NCBI GenBank assembly: GCA_964575955.1
Contig: CAZNTG010000003.1
Span: forward strand, 64,001 to 128,000
Direction of reading: 5' to 3'
DNA: 64,000 nucleotides
From: an uncultured Thermoproteaceae archaeon
Lineage (GTDB): Archaea > Thermoproteota > Thermoprotei > Thermoproteales > Thermocladiaceae
Both the position numbers and the translations under genes were made by a program. The notes below the pieces were generated by a model. That model saw only the letters and a list, made by a program, of their open reading frames with translations, had not been told where the DNA came from and did no database searches. Positions 60,625-64,000 of the stretch are shown here, piece after piece; positions within the stretch are counted from its first letter, which is position 1, and every line of letters starts with the position of its first letter.

Positions 60625-61653
60625 CTATATACTTCTCAACTCAGTTAAAATTCTATAAACAAGCTCAATCCACATCTCAACATCATATATATTACACATC
60701 TCTACACATGTATGAGTGTACTTACATAGGACACATATTGGTAATGTATGTACATTCAATTCTTGAAGTTCAAGTGCATCTGTTGTACCTCCTGCAGATG
60801 CTATCTGTATAGGTATGTTATTTCTCTTAGCAATATCTACAACCTTCCTCAGAAGTTTCATAGAGCATATAAACTCATTATCTAGAATTCTAAGTACAGG
60901 ACCATTACCCATCTTTGCATCACCTGTAATTACAGGATTACAACATGACATAGTGTCTAGAACTAGCACATATCTAGGATTGTAAAGTCTTGAAAGTGCT
61001 TTAGCACCTCTAAGACCAATCTCTTCCTGTACAGTCCATGCAAATACAATCTTACCATACCTATAGCCTTCTCTAGAAAATCTCTCAACAAGTTTTAACA
61101 ATGTGTAACATCCAACTCTATCATCAATACCTCTACCAACAATTACCTTACCTCTATTCAATACTTCAAAAATCTTATGTAGACATGCTGGACATGGAGG
61201 TTCAATACCCATATTCTTAACATCCTCTTTAGAATCAACACCAACATCAATATACAAATCATACCATGGAACTACCTGTAAATCTCTCTTTAACTGTAGA
61301 TGTGGTGGTTGTATACATATAACACCCTTAATAACGTTCGAATCATTATAAATTTCAACAATTTGATTAACTAAAACTCTATCATCAATACCTCCAACCT
61401 TTCTAAATCTAATCTTACCATCATGCTCAACATTAGTAACTAGGAGACCAACCTCATCCATATGTGCACATACTAGAGAAATTACATCACCTTCACCAAT
61501 CTCAACAATTATATTACCTAGAGAATCTTCAAAATACTTAACATTAAAATTCTCAAGAAAGTTTATTATAACACTCTTAACAGGATCTTCAAAACCTGAA
61601 ACACCTCTAGCAGTTATGAGAGTTTTTAAAAGCTCAAAATCTATATCTGACAT
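60625..61653 (-). CDS. M42 family aminopeptidase
   Basis: GVSGFE, AHMDEVG, DDRVG, QEEIGLRGA, GGTTDA, YTHT. Confidence 0.93.
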   Translation of the reverse strand: MSDIDFELLKTLITARGVSGFEDPVKSVIINFLENFNVKYFEDSLGNIIVEIGEGDVISLVCAHMDEVGLLVTNVEHDGKIRFRKVGGIDDRVLVNQIVEIYNDSNVIKGVICIQPPHLQLKRDLQVVPWYDLYIDVGVDSKEDVKNMGIEPPCPACLHKIFEVLNRGKVIVGRGIDDRVGCYTLLKLVERFSREGYRYGKIVFAWTVQEEIGLRGAKALSRLYNPRYVLVLDTMSCCNPVITGDAKMGNGPVLRILDNEFICSMKLLRKVVDIAKRNNIPIQIASAGGTTDALELQELNVHTLPICVLCKYTHTCVEMCNIYDVEMWIELVYRILTELRSI

Positions 61654-61691
61654 AGTATAGTGAGAGAAAACAGGATTATTAAACAGTACAC

Positions 61692-61740
61692 ATGATGAAG
61701 AGCGCAGTCACTGAAAATTGATGAAACGACAGAGTGCTGA
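61692..61740 (+). ncRNA. Box C/D guide sRNA (first of a tandem pair)
   Basis: ATGATGA-agagcgcagtca-CTGA-aaa-TTGATGA-aacgacagagtg-CTGA. Confidence 0.88.
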
Positions 61741-61789
61741 TGATGAGAGGAGTGGTGCCTGTATAAATGATGATTCAACCCCGTCCTGA
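61740..61789 (+). ncRNA. Box C/D guide sRNA (second of a tandem pair)
   Basis: ATGATGA-gaggagtggtgc-CTGT-ataa-ATGATGA-ttcaaccccgtc-CTGA; shares one A with the upstream D box. Confidence 0.82.
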
Positions 61790-61826
61790 ATTAGCTATAA
61801 ATTTTGAAAAAGCTACAAGATACTAT

Positions 61827-61997
61827 ATGCTTAAACTTGACATATTTAGAAGTATATTCACATGGATTGGAATTATAAATTTAGTAATATTCATACTATT
61901 ACTACACTACTACAATTTTAATATTATAGAATTAGAATACTTAACATACATACTCTCACTAACATTTATAGCACTTGGAAAGATTGATAAAGATTGA
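61827..61997 (+). CDS. Small membrane protein (possible)
   Basis: Two hydrophobic stretches. The ORF-track start at 61767 is a C' box, so the in-frame ATG at 61827 is used. Confidence 0.35.
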   Translation: MLKLDIFRSIFTWIGIINLVIFILLLHYYNFNIIELEYLTYILSLTFIALGKIDKD

Positions 61998-62035
61998 TAT
62001 AGAGTTAAATAGAAAAACCATCTAAAAAGTTAATT

Positions 62036-62284
62036 ATGAAAATATTAGTAATATTAACACTATCACTCTGTGTAGAATATTTAGTAGATATCTATATACC
62101 GTATAGAGATTTGAGTACTAGTCTAATACTAATTACAGGTATATTGAGCTCAATAATACTTGGATATATATTTCTAATAGAGTGGAAAGTTTGTAAAGTT
62201 AAGACTAACCAACGTTCAAAACGTAGAACAATGCTTATAAGGACATGTTCGACATATAGAACATGGATGATGTTAAGAGACTAG
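62036..62284 (+). CDS. Small membrane protein (possible)
   Basis: 82 aa with two hydrophobic segments. Confidence 0.35.
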   Translation: MKILVILTLSLCVEYLVDIYIPYRDLSTSLILITGILSSIILGYIFLIEWKVCKVKTNQRSKRRTMLIRTCSTYRTWMMLRD

Positions 62285-64000
62285 CAAGTTTAATTGGTAA
62301 GAGAATACAAACTTTAAGACAACGTAAAGGATTAACACTTTCAGAACTTGCTAAAATTGCAGGTATTTCTAAATCAACACTTTCAGAAATTGAATCTGGT
62401 AAAGTAAATTCAACAATAACGACACTCTGGTCTATAGCTAAAGCTTTAGGTATAACTTTTGGAGAATTAATACAACCCTTACAGGAAGTCTGTGAAGAAG
62501 ATGTATGTGTTCAACTTCTCAAAGATGGCTATAATGTAGAGATATACTTAATGAAGATCCGTAAAGGTGTAACATACATATCAAAACCGCATCCTGAAGG
62601 AACTAGAGAACACATCATAGTACTTGAAGGAGAGATGATATGTGGACCTCTAAATAATGCGAAAATAGTCAAACAAGGGCAACTGATAAGTTTCTATGCA
62701 GATAGAACACACATATATGCTACATTAAGCAAAGATTCTAAATGTATAGTAGTGGTAGAGTATCCTGAAACGTTCGCTACTCCGAACATAGTACTGAACC
62801 TAGATTCTGAACTTAGTGAAGAAGAGATAGTGAAAAACATAGAGAAGAGTATAAGAAGATCTAAATCAGTACACATACTTCTAAAAAATTCAACAGATAA
62901 CATATATAGAATATTGGATATTATACGTAGCAAAACTATATCAAAAATTGTAAACATTCAAAGAGATTGTAATGTAGAGTCTATATTTATATTTAATAGA
63001 AACTACATAGGAGATATCAAGTGGATTGAAAAATTGTCAAACTGTAACATAGATATCTTAAATAAATATGTACATACTATACATAACATCTTCAAGAGTA
63101 GAAATATTTCAAATATATTAAAATCTATAGAGTATGAAAACTGGATTTTCAAATTATTAATCTCAGAATATTTAACATTCCTAAATAAACCTAATGTAAA
63201 CTATTACATATCTAACATACATAACAACATATTAAACATTATGAAATGTTTAAAACAAAGATATGAAATACTGTATTCAATACTTGAGATAATACGTCCA
63301 GGATACGTTAGACCATATCTACTAATTCTACCCTACATATTGAATATTTTAGAGAAAGGTAGAGAAGTTAGAATATTACATATCGATAATTCGATATACT
63401 CATCTAAGCTTATTCTAAGTTTAATACCTGAAAAATATGTAAATAAGATTAGTATAGTACACGTATGCTTAGATAGAGATTTAATAACACTTTTAGAAGG
63501 TATGTATAAAGATTTTAATAATACTATACAACTTTGCTATAATATTGACATTAAGGATAGGTATGACTTAGTAGTGTGTAGATATGATGCGTGTAATGTA
63601 GATCTTAATAATTTATTAAACGCAGTTAATGATAAGTTAAGTAGTAATTGTAGCTTTATAGTCTATGGTAATTTTATAAGTAATAATTTGGATGAGCATA
63701 GTGTTATTAAGAGTATAGTTATAAACTACCTAACATACATTGTAGATAGTTTAGTAGATTTAGATACTAATGACTTATCAAGTATTGAGAGGAAAATTAT
63801 TATGCTTGTAAAGATTTGTAGTGTAGATTCTCTACATTACATACTTTCAGGAAGGTTTTATAGAGGATTAACATATTTCTTGAAGTGTTGTAAAGAGATT
63901 GTAGATTTATTGAATAAATATGATCTTAATTTCAGAGATGTTAATTTTATACATTACATATATTCTATGTTGGAAATTTTATTGTTAAGGAGTAGAATAT
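62263..64000 (+). CDS. XRE-family HTH plus cupin regulator with a long C-terminal extension (runs off the window end)
   Basis: Not in the ORF track. MDDVKRLASLIGKRIQTLRQRKGLTLSELAKIAGISKSTLSEIESG, then cupin PHPEGTREHIIVLEG. The frame was open in the segments I translated up to 64000. Confidence 0.85.
   Translation, partial: MDDVKRLASLIGKRIQTLRQRKGLTLSELAKIAGISKSTLSEIESGKVNSTITTLWSIAKALGITFGELIQPLQEVCEEDVCVQLLKDGYNVEIYLMKIRKGVTYISKPHPEGTREHIIVLEGEMICGPLNNAKIVKQGQLISFYADRTHIYATLSKDSKCIVVVEYPETFATPNIVLNLDSELSEEEIVKNIEKSIRRSKSVHILLKNSTDNIYRILDIIRSKTISKIVNIQRDCNVESIFIFNRNYIGDIKWIEKLSNCNIDILNKYVHTIHNIFKSRNISNILKSIEYENWIFKLLISEYLTFLNKPNVNYYISNIHNNILNIMKCLKQRYEILYSILEIIRPGYVRPYLLILPYILNILEKGREVRILHIDNSIYSSKLILSLIPEKYVNKISIVHVCLDRDLITLLEGMYKDFNNTIQLCYNIDIKDRYDLVVCRYDACNVDLNNLLNAVNDKLSSNCSFIVYGNFISNNLDEHSVIKSIVINYLTYIVDSLVDLDTNDLSSIERKIIMLVKICSVDSLHYILSGRFYRGLTYFLKCCKEIVDLLNKYDLNFRDVNFIHYIYSMLEILLLRSRI

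Noticed and set aside
61692-61789. CRISPR-like repeat/spacer array
   Set aside because: The repeats are 4-7 nt C/D boxes with 12 nt spacers, and no cas genes are present
61767-61826. N-terminal part of the 76 aa ORF
   Set aside because: Its ATG is the C' box of the second sRNA, so it is probably non-coding

Overview
This is a gene-dense, AT-rich archaeal chromosome segment. Nop5, GatE, ATP-dependent ligase, a bulge-helix-bulge tRNA intron and box C/D sRNAs point to a thermophilic crenarchaeon; a Thermoproteales-like affinity is my inference. Most of the window is housekeeping: apgM, nrdD with two inteins, lig, nop5, gatE, argF, the mevalonate cluster, ribK, hemC, cobalamin genes, hom, hypD and an aldehyde:ferredoxin oxidoreductase. 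RNA genes are tRNA-Ser(CGA), an intron-containing tRNA-Lys(CTT) and seven box C/D guide sRNAs that the ORF track does not show, two of them fused head-to-tail. The most unusual items are: a secreted protein with two cohesin-like modules and a dockerin behind a possibly dead peptidase domain; a NgBR/Nus1-like non-catalytic cis-prenyltransferase; a serine recombinase divergent from a type IV pilin-like gene; a tandem pair of CdvA-like coiled-coil genes; a BchH/ChlH-type chelatase near a MoxR/vWA pair; a Mer-like F420 enzyme; several pseudo-enzymes; probable non-canonical start codons; and a 5' G/T to 3' A/C codon gradient inside genes. No CRISPR array or IS element is visible. All family calls come from motif recognition, with no database search.
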